Origin: Promethearchaeati archaeon | GTDB taxonomy: Archaea > Asgardarchaeota > Heimdallarchaeia > Heimdallarchaeales > Heimdallarchaeaceae | NCBI GenBank assembly: GCA_013166775.1 | Contig: JABLTJ010000017.1 | Coordinates: 1-64,000 of the forward strand | Direction of reading: 5' to 3' | Length of the DNA stretch: 64,000 nucleotides | Part shown: piece after piece, positions 7,564 to 17,327 of the stretch | Position numbering within the stretch: position 1 is the first letter of the stretch | Layout of the letters: each line of letters opens with the position of its first letter | The notes under the pieces: generated by a model | The model's input: the letters and a program-made list of their open reading frames with translations, nothing else | Database searches by the model: none | Told to the model about the DNA's origin: nothing | Translations under genes and position numbers: made by a program

Positions 7564-9150
7564 TTGAATGAAAAAGAAATTCTTGAAAAGGTAAAAAAGT
7601 TATCTGATATTATAGAATTGAAAAAAATAATTGAATCTCTTCGAGTACTTTGCGCAAATAAGAAAAACAAACAAGTTTTACAAATCGTAGAAGAAGCAAT
7701 AAATGCAAGCAATTTGTTTGACGATAAAGAATCTTTGGTAAATTTGTACGAACTTAAAATAAAACAAATGATTAATAAGATTACAAATTTCTCTAAAGTA
7801 GAGTTGATTTTAAATAAAATGAAGGAAATATCTGAAACAGTAAAATACAGAAATGGTTTAGCTCTTGTATATCAGATTCAAAGTCATATAGAATTCGTCA
7901 ACGGCAATCTAAGAAAAAGTAATGAAACCATAAAGAAAGCTATTGATTTATTGTCTGTAGAAGATGAACGAGATTCTTATACTTACAATATTTGTACATA
8001 TTCATTTGCTGTAGGAAAATGGTTAAGCGAACACAATTCTGATATTTCAACAATTATTGAAGAAAATTTGGATTATTTCTACAAAAAAGGTCTCTATAGA
8101 AGCTTTGCACAAGCAATTGCAATATTGAATATTATATATATGAGAATGCAAAATAGCAAGAAAATCCTAGAAAATTCTAAAAAAATCTTCTCGAATAAAA
8201 CTCTTTTTGAGGAATTACCACTTGATGTCAAAGGAATTTCTTATTTCTTTTCTGGTGTTGGTTGTATGCTAGATTTAAACCTGAATTTCGCTGAATCTTA
8301 CTTCAAAGATGCCTATAACATTCTTAAACCCATTCACAAAGAGAGCATTTATTTTAGTAATTTTATCATTCTTCATTCCTTCTTATGTACTGTTACAGCT
8401 TTACAGGGTAAACTTGAAAAGAGTTTACAATTAATAGAGGAAGCTGAAAATCTACTTAAGCAAGAGTTTTTTGAGAAGAATCTTGATTTAGGTACAAAGA
8501 AACAAATCTACCATACTTTAAATTTAAACAAATTTTACGTTTATTCTCGTCTAAAAAAGTTTGATTCTGAGGAAATGCAAGATTTAATTGAAAAAATATT
8601 CATGGGGAGTAAAACACTTTATAGTGATTTTTTGCTCCTAAGCGAATTCATGCTTAATGCTAATCTAGTATCAAGAAAAATAGAAGAACTATTATCCATA
8701 GATAATTTCAGCTTAAATCGTGTGAAACATATCATTTTATTTACCCTTCAAAAAGAGAATACAAAGGAAGAATCAAGCAATTGGAGATATCTACAAAGAA
8801 TAGAGATTTTAAATAAAAGAAAAAGAACTACTAAGACTACCTTCATTGAAAATGTTTTTGCAGATCTACTTATTGCACAGCAATTATTCTCATTGAAAAG
8901 ATATGAAGAAATATATCCGCTCTTAAGAAAATATGAGAAAAAACTCCAAAAGATTGAAGTTCTGGAATTGCGCATTTTTATGGAAGCGTTCATTCAAGTA
9001 GGAGCATACAAGAGTGGTGACCCTCTTGGACCTGCTCTACAATACATAGTTATCAAAAAATGTAGACATTATGGTTTCGGTAGTTTGGAAAGTATATTAC
9101 TAAATTATCTGGACATGCAATATAAGGATATTCAGTCATTTATTAGATAA
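7564..9150 (+). CDS. Helical-repeat (TPR-like) protein, family member 4 (ORF track starts at 7450; TTG 7564 aligns with member 1)
   Basis: Paralog: N-terminus resembles member 1, middle resembles members 2 and 3. Confidence 0.8.
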   Translation: MNEKEILEKVKKLSDIIELKKIIESLRVLCANKKNKQVLQIVEEAINASNLFDDKESLVNLYELKIKQMINKITNFSKVELILNKMKEISETVKYRNGLALVYQIQSHIEFVNGNLRKSNETIKKAIDLLSVEDERDSYTYNICTYSFAVGKWLSEHNSDISTIIEENLDYFYKKGLYRSFAQAIAILNIIYMRMQNSKKILENSKKIFSNKTLFEELPLDVKGISYFFSGVGCMLDLNLNFAESYFKDAYNILKPIHKESIYFSNFIILHSFLCTVTALQGKLEKSLQLIEEAENLLKQEFFEKNLDLGTKKQIYHTLNLNKFYVYSRLKKFDSEEMQDLIEKIFMGSKTLYSDFLLLSEFMLNANLVSRKIEELLSIDNFSLNRVKHIILFTLQKENTKEESSNWRYLQRIEILNKRKRTTKTTFIENVFADLLIAQQLFSLKRYEEIYPLLRKYEKKLQKIEVLELRIFMEAFIQVGAYKSGDPLGPALQYIVIKKCRHYGFGSLESILLNYLDMQYKDIQSFIR

Positions 9151-9215
9151 ATAAAATCAAGTAAAAATAGCTAAAGGTTTGAAGATAGACTTTGAGAAAA
9201 TAATCTTCTCTTCTT

Positions 9216-9551
9216 TCATTCTTTAATCTTGTATCTATCTCTGTCAGCAAAGAATTCCATACTAGCATATCCTGCAAATATTTTTGCTGAGTGAGTCTCT
9301 CCCTTTAAAATATAGAAACGATCTCCCTTAGTGAAGGTTTGTTCATTGCCTTCCACTGTTAAGATAATTTTACCTTCTAAAACTATACCCCACTGTGCAT
9401 CATGGGAATGTGGAGAAACCTCTGCATCTTGACTGAAATGCATAAAAATAATTTGATGATTCTTATCTTGGGATAAATATGCTGTAAGCCCTGGTATAGG
9501 TATATCTGCTTCTGGCAGTTTTCTTATTGCTTCAGGAAATATCTCTGTCAT
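9216..9551 (-). CDS. Cupin-domain protein
   Basis: Cupin motifs PHSHDAQWGIVLEG and GDRFYILKGETHSA; start moved to MTEIFPE. Confidence 0.8.
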   Translation of the reverse strand: MTEIFPEAIRKLPEADIPIPGLTAYLSQDKNHQIIFMHFSQDAEVSPHSHDAQWGIVLEGKIILTVEGNEQTFTKGDRFYILKGETHSAKIFAGYASMEFFADRDRYKIKE

Positions 9552-9671
9552 GTTACTCATTCTTTGCTTGAAATGGAAGCTTATAAAGATTGACGAGAGG
9601 ATAGAAGAAAATAAAACTAATCTAGATTCGTTTTTACGGAGTAAAAACCAGCCACCAAGAACAGTGAGTTG

Positions 9672-9705
9672 TCTTACCACATAAAATTATTTCTTTGTGG
9701 TAAGA
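9672..9705. promoter_or_regulatory. Palindrome TCTTACCACA-N14-TGTGGTAAGA, copy 1
   Basis: Perfect 10-bp arms with the same geometry as the copies at 21248 and 21317. Confidence 0.7.
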
Positions 9706-9962
9706 CTAACTCGCAACTTTAGTGGGTCGCGCGAGTGTGTGATGAACATTTGTCATCTTTTTTCTTGAGGTGTTTTTTAGTATTTTATCATATAGTATAT
9801 AGGAAATAGAGGGTGGTTACAAAATAGTTTAATCTATTGTAAAATAGCAATCTGCCATGCATCCTTGACATCCTCTTTTCCTTTTTTTTGTCAGTTTTTT
9901 TCCTTTTGGGCTTAATTAGTTTTGTTTCACTATTAAGGTAACACAAAATCGAGAAGTGATGC

Positions 9963-10022
9963 ATGATGTACGACCCAGATCCAGCAGACGATGATATTCT
10001 TCCACCTATGTGGACCCCTTAA
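9963..10022 (+). CDS. Micropeptide P5, MMYDPDPADDDILPPMWTP (19 aa)
   Basis: Same AAGTGATGC-ATGATG start context and YDP...PPxWxP motif; convergent with the divergent family member 5. Confidence 0.8.
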   Translation: MMYDPDPADDDILPPMWTP

Positions 10023-10057
10023 ATTTGGGGTTCCCATTATTATTTTTTTGAAAATCC

Positions 10058-11755
10058 TTATTCTTGGAAATATTCCATTACAATCTTTTTTTGTTGTTCA
10101 TTAAATACATCCAGAAAAGCAACTTGCTGAAACTTATTTTCGGTTTTTTCTATAACTTTTGTAGATGATATAAGCGTTCGATACAATTGAATTTCTTCTA
10201 CTATCTTCTTGAGATTATTATTTCCACATCTCTCCTCTAATGCTCTAAGCTCTTGCAGAGTTTGTGGATTGGCTGGATTGGATATGTATTCCTCAAGCAA
10301 AACAAAGAATTCTAGCCATATTTTTAAAACAGGTACTCTAATTTCTTCTGTCTTATCTTTCATATTTTTAACAATTTCAAGGAATTTGTTCTGCTTTCCC
10401 ATTGCTAGATATACTTTTCCTAGCAATACATCTACATAAAATGGCTCATATGCATATTCTTTGATTGATTGTATTTTTGTAACTGTATCTTCAGTGGCGT
10501 TGTATGGTTTTTGAGTAATCAGTAATTGATGAATTAGCAAATTAACTTCCTCTTGAGCATCCTGTTTTTCCGTTTCTAGCATGTTTTTGATGTCGGTTTC
10601 ATCAAAGGATGATTCTAGAAGTAAAGTTTTAGATAATTGAGTTTTAGATAATATGTTTTTTGTGCGAATGTAAATTTGTTTTAATTTACTATCTTCAAGA
10701 ACCGAAAGATCTAAGTCCAATTGAGCAAAGATGAACATAAGTGTAGTATAAGAGCTGAAGTATATTCGTTTTATACCTTTTTCGAAGTAGTTTTCTTTAA
10801 CTACATCTTTCTCAATAAAATCTAAAAGCTCAATAAGAAGATCATATGATTTTTGAAATTGTCCTTGAAGTGCATAACATCGACTTAATAACCTCACGAT
10901 ATCGGTATATTCATACATTGCTTCATACATGCTTTTGTTCTTTACAATTTTTGAGTAGGCATTATGTAAATATTGTATAGCTTCAGGAAGCCTATACCTC
11001 TTTGTAGCAATTGTTCCTGAATACCAATAAAGAGAAATGTAGTGTTCATCAATAATTCTACTTTGAATTTTCTGGTCTTGAAATACCCAAAGTATTAATT
11101 CATCCACTTTATCCTCTTGATTTGAAAGGAAATAGAACCTTTGAAGTAAATTAATGACATAAACCAAACCAAGCGAATTAAAACTTTTTTCGTGATAAAA
11201 AGAAAGACACTCTTCCATATTTGAAATTGCAGTATTATAATTCCTATCTGCTAACGATGTAAATACTGTATATGAATATAGAGTGCCATAATATGTCTCA
11301 GGGAATTCTTCTTTTGACTTTGATATTGTTTTGAAAGCTTTTATGATATAATCCATTGAATTAGCATTTTCATTCCTTATTTGACTTAGGATTGACTTTG
11401 CTCTTAGAACTATTGCTAGTTGTTCAATATTATTACTTCGAGATGAAATTTCCTCCATTGAACTAACTATTTTCTCCGAATTTTTTATTTCCTTTACATA
11501 GGAATAGGTTTGCAAGAAGTATAACCAGTAGATTTTGAAAATTGTTTCATCGTTCTGTTTTTGTTCAGCAATTTCCATAGAATGTTTAAGCAATTCTGCT
11601 AATTCTGTTGATCTTTCATTGAAACAGATGATTTCAAGGTCTAGATAGTATTTGTGCAAATCAGACAAAGTATGGATTTTATCTTTATCTACGAAAACTC
11701 TCTTCCGTATTTTTTGAAACTCTCCAATATCTAGCATACTTTGTCCCCACGACAT
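10058..11755 (-). CDS. Helical-repeat (TPR-like) protein, divergent family member 5
   Basis: LEIICFNERSTEL resembles LRVICANRKTSEL and YALQGQFQKS resembles YALQGRLELA; similar length. Confidence 0.7.
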   Translation of the reverse strand: MSWGQSMLDIGEFQKIRKRVFVDKDKIHTLSDLHKYYLDLEIICFNERSTELAELLKHSMEIAEQKQNDETIFKIYWLYFLQTYSYVKEIKNSEKIVSSMEEISSRSNNIEQLAIVLRAKSILSQIRNENANSMDYIIKAFKTISKSKEEFPETYYGTLYSYTVFTSLADRNYNTAISNMEECLSFYHEKSFNSLGLVYVINLLQRFYFLSNQEDKVDELILWVFQDQKIQSRIIDEHYISLYWYSGTIATKRYRLPEAIQYLHNAYSKIVKNKSMYEAMYEYTDIVRLLSRCYALQGQFQKSYDLLIELLDFIEKDVVKENYFEKGIKRIYFSSYTTLMFIFAQLDLDLSVLEDSKLKQIYIRTKNILSKTQLSKTLLLESSFDETDIKNMLETEKQDAQEEVNLLIHQLLITQKPYNATEDTVTKIQSIKEYAYEPFYVDVLLGKVYLAMGKQNKFLEIVKNMKDKTEEIRVPVLKIWLEFFVLLEEYISNPANPQTLQELRALEERCGNNNLKKIVEEIQLYRTLISSTKVIEKTENKFQQVAFLDVFNEQQKKIVMEYFQE

Positions 11756-11845
11756 TCTTTCCTCTGTAATGACATACTAAAGCAGTATATCATTACTAGA
11801 AAAGAGAAAAGACTATAAAATATCTTCGCTTTCCTTTAACCGTCA

Positions 11846-12439
11846 TTGGTAAAACTTTTATCACTCATCAGTAAGTTAATGTTGATAATATTGAAAACTT
11901 TAGATTCTCTGTGGCATAAGATGGAAACAGGACCTAATCCTCCTGAAGAAATATATGCAATTATTGAAAACCCCAAAGATAGTAAGAACAAATACGAATT
12001 AGGTAAGGATGGTGTTATTTACTTGGATAGAGTTCTTCACTCTTCTGTTCATTTCCCCGGAGACTATGGATTAATTCCTCAAACATATTTTGAAGATGGT
12101 GACGCACTTGACGTTTTAGTTCTTATTTCAGAACCTACTTTTACAGGATGTGTCCTGTCTGCTAGACCAATTGGAATTCTTCGTATGCGTGATGAAAAAG
12201 GACATGATGATAAAATTCTAGCAGTTGCTACCAAAGATCCCTTCTTTCACAGTGTATATAATTTAGAGGATGTTTATCCACATACTTTGGAAGAGATTGC
12301 TGAATTCTTTAAGACTTACAAAGGCTTAGAACATGGAAAGCAGGTTGAGGTCTTAGGTTGGGATTCTAAAAAGGAAGCTTTCAAAGCTATAACTCATTCA
12401 ATGGAATTGTATAAAGATCTATTTGGAATAAAGAGTTAA
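11846..12439 (+). CDS. ppa: Inorganic pyrophosphatase, family I (true start probably downstream)
   Basis: Motifs NKYE, LDRVL, YGLIPQT, DGDALDVLV, DDKILAV. Confidence 0.95.
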   Translation: MVKLLSLISKLMLIILKTLDSLWHKMETGPNPPEEIYAIIENPKDSKNKYELGKDGVIYLDRVLHSSVHFPGDYGLIPQTYFEDGDALDVLVLISEPTFTGCVLSARPIGILRMRDEKGHDDKILAVATKDPFFHSVYNLEDVYPHTLEEIAEFFKTYKGLEHGKQVEVLGWDSKKEAFKAITHSMELYKDLFGIKS

Positions 12440-12505
12440 TAACATTGGTTTTCTATCTAGGTTTTTTTATCCTGTTTCATCAAATTCAAAAATAGTCCAA
12501 GCAAA

Positions 12506-14473
12506 ATGTATTTAATTTGCTTCTTTTGTGTTTTAAACGAATTTACTACAAATAAAGTGATAATGATGACTTCTGAAGAATGTTATGGTTATGAATATTT
12601 AGATGAAAAGGATAAAGAGAAAATTGATGCTCTTAACAATCCTAAAGCTGTAAAGGTTATTGATAGATTCTTAAAAATCTGTAAACCTGCGAAAGTTGTT
12701 GTAATTGATGATACGCAAGAAGATATTAATTATGTTAGACAACTATCCATAGATCTTGGAGAAGAAATAAAACTAGAAATGCCAGGACACACAATTCATT
12801 ATGATTCATATTTTGATCAAGCTCGTGACAAAGGAAATACTCGACTTCTTGTTCCTGTGACTGAAAAAGAAAAATATGGAACACACATAAATACAATAGA
12901 TAGAGACGAGGGATTAAAAGAAATTCTTGACATAATGGATGGTTGTATGAAAGGAAAATTAGTAGTGATTCGTTTCTTCTGTTTAGGTCCAACTAATTCT
13001 CGATTTTCTATATCAGCATTGCAAATTACTGATTCAGCATATGTTGCACACTCTGAAGATATACTATATAGAAAAGGATATGAACAATTCAAACGTCTTG
13101 AAGGTTCAGAAGATTTCTTCTATTTTGTTCACTCTGCAGGAGAATTAACGGAGAAGAACGTAACAAAGAACATTGAGAAACGTCGAATCTATATTGATCT
13201 TGAGGAAAATAGAGTTTTCACTGTTAACAATCAATATGCAGGAAATAGTCTTGGTCTAAAGAAACTCGCATTACGCTTAGCTATAAATAAAGCACTAAAA
13301 GAAAATTGGTTAGCAGAACACATGTTCATTTCTGCTGTGTATACATTAGATAAAAGTAGAAAAACTTACTTCTTAGGAGCTTTTCCAAGTGCATGTGGGA
13401 AGACTTCTACTGCTATGGTTCCTGGAAATGCAATAATAGGGGATGATATTGTGTACATGAGAGTTGATAAAGAAGGAATTCCAAAAGCTGTGAATATTGA
13501 AAGTGGAATATTTGGAATAATTAAGGATGTTAATCCAAAAGACGATCCAGAGATATACAAAGCTTTGACCTCACCATGTGAAACAATTTTCTCAAATGTT
13601 CAAATTACAGACGAAAAACCGTACTGGCTTGGAATGGGGGATGATATTGAAATACCAGAAATAGGTATAAATTGGACATCTTCTTATCTTGGAGAATGGA
13701 AAACAGGAAAGAAAGATGAAAAAGGAAATGAACTTAGTTTTTCCCATCCAAATGCTAGATATACTCTAAGAATAGAGGAATTGGAAAACGCAGATGAAGC
13801 ACTTCATGATCCTGATGGTGTAAAGGTATCTGCTATTGTTTACGGAGGAAGAGACAGTAACACTTCTGTTCCAGTCTATCAATCATTTAACTGGAGTAAT
13901 GGTGTCTTTGTTGGTGCTGCACTGGAATCGGAAACAACCTCAGCAACACTAGGACAAGCAGGCGTACGAAAACATCAACCTATGGCAAACTTAGATTTTA
14001 TTGTTGTTCCTCTTGGACAATATTTCCAGTCACATCTTAACTTCGTAAAAGAAGTAAAGGAAGAGAATCATCCACTTATTTTTTCAACTAATTACTTCCT
14101 GAAGGATGAAAATGGTAAATATTATGACGAAATTCTTGATAAGAAGATATGGTTACTTTGGGCTGAAGGTAGAGTACATGGGGATTATGATGCGATAAAA
14201 ACACCAATTGGTTATATTCCAAAATATGAAGATTTAGTAGACCTGTTTAAAGGAGCATTTGACATAGATTACGAGAAATCAAGATATGAAGCAGAATTCT
14301 CAATAAGAGTAGGTAAGTTTCTAGATAAGTTTGATAGAATAGAAAAATTCTATGCTAATGAAAAGGATATGCCAGAGGAATTCTTCTTTGAGTTAGAAGA
14401 ACAACGTAAAAAATTACTTGAAGCTAAAGAGAAGTATGGGACCGATACCATTTCCCCATTCCTTTTCTCTTAA
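12506..14473 (+). CDS. pckG: GTP-dependent phosphoenolpyruvate carboxykinase
   Basis: Motifs AFPSACGKTS, IGDDI, HPNARY, WLAEHM. Confidence 0.95.
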   Translation: MYLICFFCVLNEFTTNKVIMMTSEECYGYEYLDEKDKEKIDALNNPKAVKVIDRFLKICKPAKVVVIDDTQEDINYVRQLSIDLGEEIKLEMPGHTIHYDSYFDQARDKGNTRLLVPVTEKEKYGTHINTIDRDEGLKEILDIMDGCMKGKLVVIRFFCLGPTNSRFSISALQITDSAYVAHSEDILYRKGYEQFKRLEGSEDFFYFVHSAGELTEKNVTKNIEKRRIYIDLEENRVFTVNNQYAGNSLGLKKLALRLAINKALKENWLAEHMFISAVYTLDKSRKTYFLGAFPSACGKTSTAMVPGNAIIGDDIVYMRVDKEGIPKAVNIESGIFGIIKDVNPKDDPEIYKALTSPCETIFSNVQITDEKPYWLGMGDDIEIPEIGINWTSSYLGEWKTGKKDEKGNELSFSHPNARYTLRIEELENADEALHDPDGVKVSAIVYGGRDSNTSVPVYQSFNWSNGVFVGAALESETTSATLGQAGVRKHQPMANLDFIVVPLGQYFQSHLNFVKEVKEENHPLIFSTNYFLKDENGKYYDEILDKKIWLLWAEGRVHGDYDAIKTPIGYIPKYEDLVDLFKGAFDIDYEKSRYEAEFSIRVGKFLDKFDRIEKFYANEKDMPEEFFFELEEQRKKLLEAKEKYGTDTISPFLFS

Positions 14474-14527
14474 CTCATTTTTTTATTAACAATTGTGGGG
14501 AATAAATAGGTTAAGTAAATATCTATA

Positions 14528-14755
14528 TTGATTCAATTGACGGTTAGTTATTTACAAGAAGAAAAAAAGGAAAAGAAAAAAATAAGCATTGTTGCATTAA
14601 TAAACAGTGTTATTGGAATACCTACAATTGTATTTTTGGTTTTTCTAATTGTTAAAGGATCTTTAGCTGATTATCTAACATTTGCATACTGTGGTCTAGC
14701 ATTATTAGTATTAGGTGTCTTCTTCTCATTTTATAAATTGATAAAAGGAAATTAA
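14528..14755 (+). CDS. Small protein with two transmembrane segments
   Basis: Two hydrophobic segments. Confidence 0.5.
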   Translation: MIQLTVSYLQEEKKEKKKISIVALINSVIGIPTIVFLVFLIVKGSLADYLTFAYCGLALLVLGVFFSFYKLIKGN

Positions 14756-15699
14756 ATAACTTTTCAAACAACTAACAAGTATTTCTAGACGCCATTAGAT
14801 ATATTCTAACACAAGTATAGCAGCTAAAATTAATGATTTATCGAAAAAACGAACTTATACCGACAAAAAATGCTGTTTTTATTAATGTAAGCTACCAATT
14901 TCGATATTTTCTCCCTCTAGCTATTTATGTCGGATATTTTACGAGAAATGGATTTTTTAGGAAAGTATATACTCAATAATGAAAATACGGTAAACATTAA
15001 ACTAAGAGCTAACTAGATTAAATCTAGATTGAGATTCATGTTTTGTAAGAAATATTATGAAAAAAAAGAAAAGCAACTTGAAATATTAATGCAAATTTTT
15101 ATGATTAATTGATTATTTCAAATTAAGATTACAAAATGAGAGTAAATGGTATCAGTTATAGATTCATTGAGAGTACTGCTTAAAACTAATAATTATGAAA
15201 CATAACATAAAACATTCAAATTTTTTCTCGTTGAATGATCATTAAAAAATTATTATTAGATGGTGATTTAGTAGACATAGTAAATGAGTTTTGTTTGACA
15301 GAATTAGTAGGATAGCTACATCTTTTTCATTTATTTGTGAAGATATTTTCTCATGGGTTCTTACAGATTAATGGATGTCAATATGAATTTAATTCCATTA
15401 GAATGAAACATAGATTTTCCAATTATTATAATCAATTTCAGATATCCAACATTCTATTTGAAAATTTATCTGAAAAAATATAACCTTCAAATAGTGATAT
15501 TTACTTGATTTACAAAAAAATTTGGAATCTTATTTCAAGGTCTATAACTAAGACCTTCATTAACATCGGAAAACTATTACTTTAGTATCATATAAAACTA
15601 ATAAAAATCATTATACATCAGTAATACTGAAATAATACACATTAAATACGCTGTATTTTTATCAAAATGCTAATATTATAATCGATATCTCCTAAAATA

Positions 15700-16233
15700 A
15701 TGATTGAAGAAATAAGAAATCTTCTAAAAAAAATTGATCTGATAGTAGATTCTGAAATAAGAAGATTGGATGACCAAATAGACGAATTGAAACAAGAGTT
15801 GAAAGAATTTAAGGAAACACGAGACAATTTTTCATCTGTGAATGAAGAAATAAAAGAACTCTCAATACAAGTTGATGAATTAACTTATGAAAGAAATCAA
15901 CTAAAGGAAACAGTTGATAACCTTAGTTACTTGGAGAGGAAATGTTCAGAAAAAGATGAGATAATAGGAAGGTTAACTCAAGAGCAAACAGGTTATATTT
16001 TTACAATCAAAGTCATTTCTAATTGGATACCAAGTCAAAAAGAAAATATTGACGTTCTTGTTGCCTTATCTTCAGCTTTAAATCATGAAGCCACATTTGA
16101 AGAGTTGCAGGAGAAGACAACAATTCCATCTGTTACACTAAAAAATAGAATCATTCCTATACTTCAGGATAATTCATTAGTTCTTGTAAAAAGAAATAAA
16201 GTGAAATTAACAATTGAAGAAGCTGATAAATAG
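15700..16233 (+). CDS. Coiled-coil protein with C-terminal winged-helix-like domain
   Basis: Heptad-rich N-terminus; ATFEELQEKTTIPSVTLKNRIIPIL is HTH-like. Confidence 0.55.
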   Translation: MIEEIRNLLKKIDLIVDSEIRRLDDQIDELKQELKEFKETRDNFSSVNEEIKELSIQVDELTYERNQLKETVDNLSYLERKCSEKDEIIGRLTQEQTGYIFTIKVISNWIPSQKENIDVLVALSSALNHEATFEELQEKTTIPSVTLKNRIIPILQDNSLVLVKRNKVKLTIEEADK

Positions 16234-16297
16234 TACTTGTTTTGATGGTTGAGATTTCCGCAAAGTTAAATAATGCAGAAAATTAAATGATAACTGC

Positions 16298-17110
16298 ATG
16301 AAGATAAAGATGAAATCAAGACGTGGAGTTTCCAGTATAATCTCAACTTTAATAATCTTCACGATAATGGTTGCTGCTTTAGGTTTAGCTTTTTCACAGA
16401 TTATACCATCTCTGGAAAGATTTCAAACAGAAAGTGATTTAACTGCAGCAACAAACGCATTTCTATCTTTTGACTCTGAAATAAAGAAACTAGTCAATAC
16501 TCCTGTGAATTCCTCAAGTGTAGTTAGGTACAACCTTGGAAATGGAATATTAGATTTGGAACAAAAGCGTGAAGTTTATCTGATTATCAATTCTGGTGGA
16601 AATGAATTATTTAATTATTCATGCTATACAGGAGAAGTTGTTTATAGACTCAATGGAAATTTCAAGGGATTGGGGGGTGCTATATACGACTTTGGAGGAC
16701 CAGAACTATTAGTTTATTCCCTTAACAGAACTTCACAAATGACAAATATAGTGCATCAATCTTTTGATGATTATAAATTGCTAAAAATGTACTATAGTGT
16801 TTTTCTTAGTATAGAGCACATTAGCGAGAGTGATCTTGAAGTTAATTTCATTGTTATACACCTAAACACATCTAGAATCTTGGAAGGTCAAAGTGAATAT
16901 TTTCCAATTATTAATACACCAACAAAAATTCAAATGATTAAAACAAACCAAGTAATAGAACAATATAATTTAGGAAATAGAAGTGATGATTTAAGAGTAG
17001 AAGCGAGAACATCAGATTTTTCACAATCAATCCAATATCCAATAGCACCTTATACTTTTGCATTAAACTTGAATTTAATCCATATATACATTGATTTTCG
17101 CACTGTTTAA
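16298..17110 (+). CDS. Archaeal type IV pilin-like protein (class III signal peptide)
   Basis: SRRG|VSSIISTLIIFTIMVAALG prepilin-peptidase motif. Confidence 0.75.
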   Translation: MKIKMKSRRGVSSIISTLIIFTIMVAALGLAFSQIIPSLERFQTESDLTAATNAFLSFDSEIKKLVNTPVNSSSVVRYNLGNGILDLEQKREVYLIINSGGNELFNYSCYTGEVVYRLNGNFKGLGGAIYDFGGPELLVYSLNRTSQMTNIVHQSFDDYKLLKMYYSVFLSIEHISESDLEVNFIVIHLNTSRILEGQSEYFPIINTPTKIQMIKTNQVIEQYNLGNRSDDLRVEARTSDFSQSIQYPIAPYTFALNLNLIHIYIDFRTV

Positions 17111-17164
17111 TTTTCTTTTTATAACAAAAAGTAGGATTTATTAGAAATAAGATATTATGTTATT

Positions 17165-17239
17165 TAGCGAAGTTTCCTCGTGTGGGACTTGACTTAAGCA
17201 TACTGCCTTGAATGATAATCTCATTTCGAAACTTCGCTA
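17165..17239. other. Intergenic stem-loop with a perfect 12-bp stem, possible ncRNA
   Basis: TAGCGAAGTTTC / GAAACTTCGCTA enclosing 51 nt. Confidence 0.4.
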
Positions 17240-17327
17240 TTTTCTTTAAACAGAAACATCAATCTATGACAACCTATTTTCAAATAATAATGTTGATAAA
17301 AACACTCATAAGCGTTCAATTATCTTT

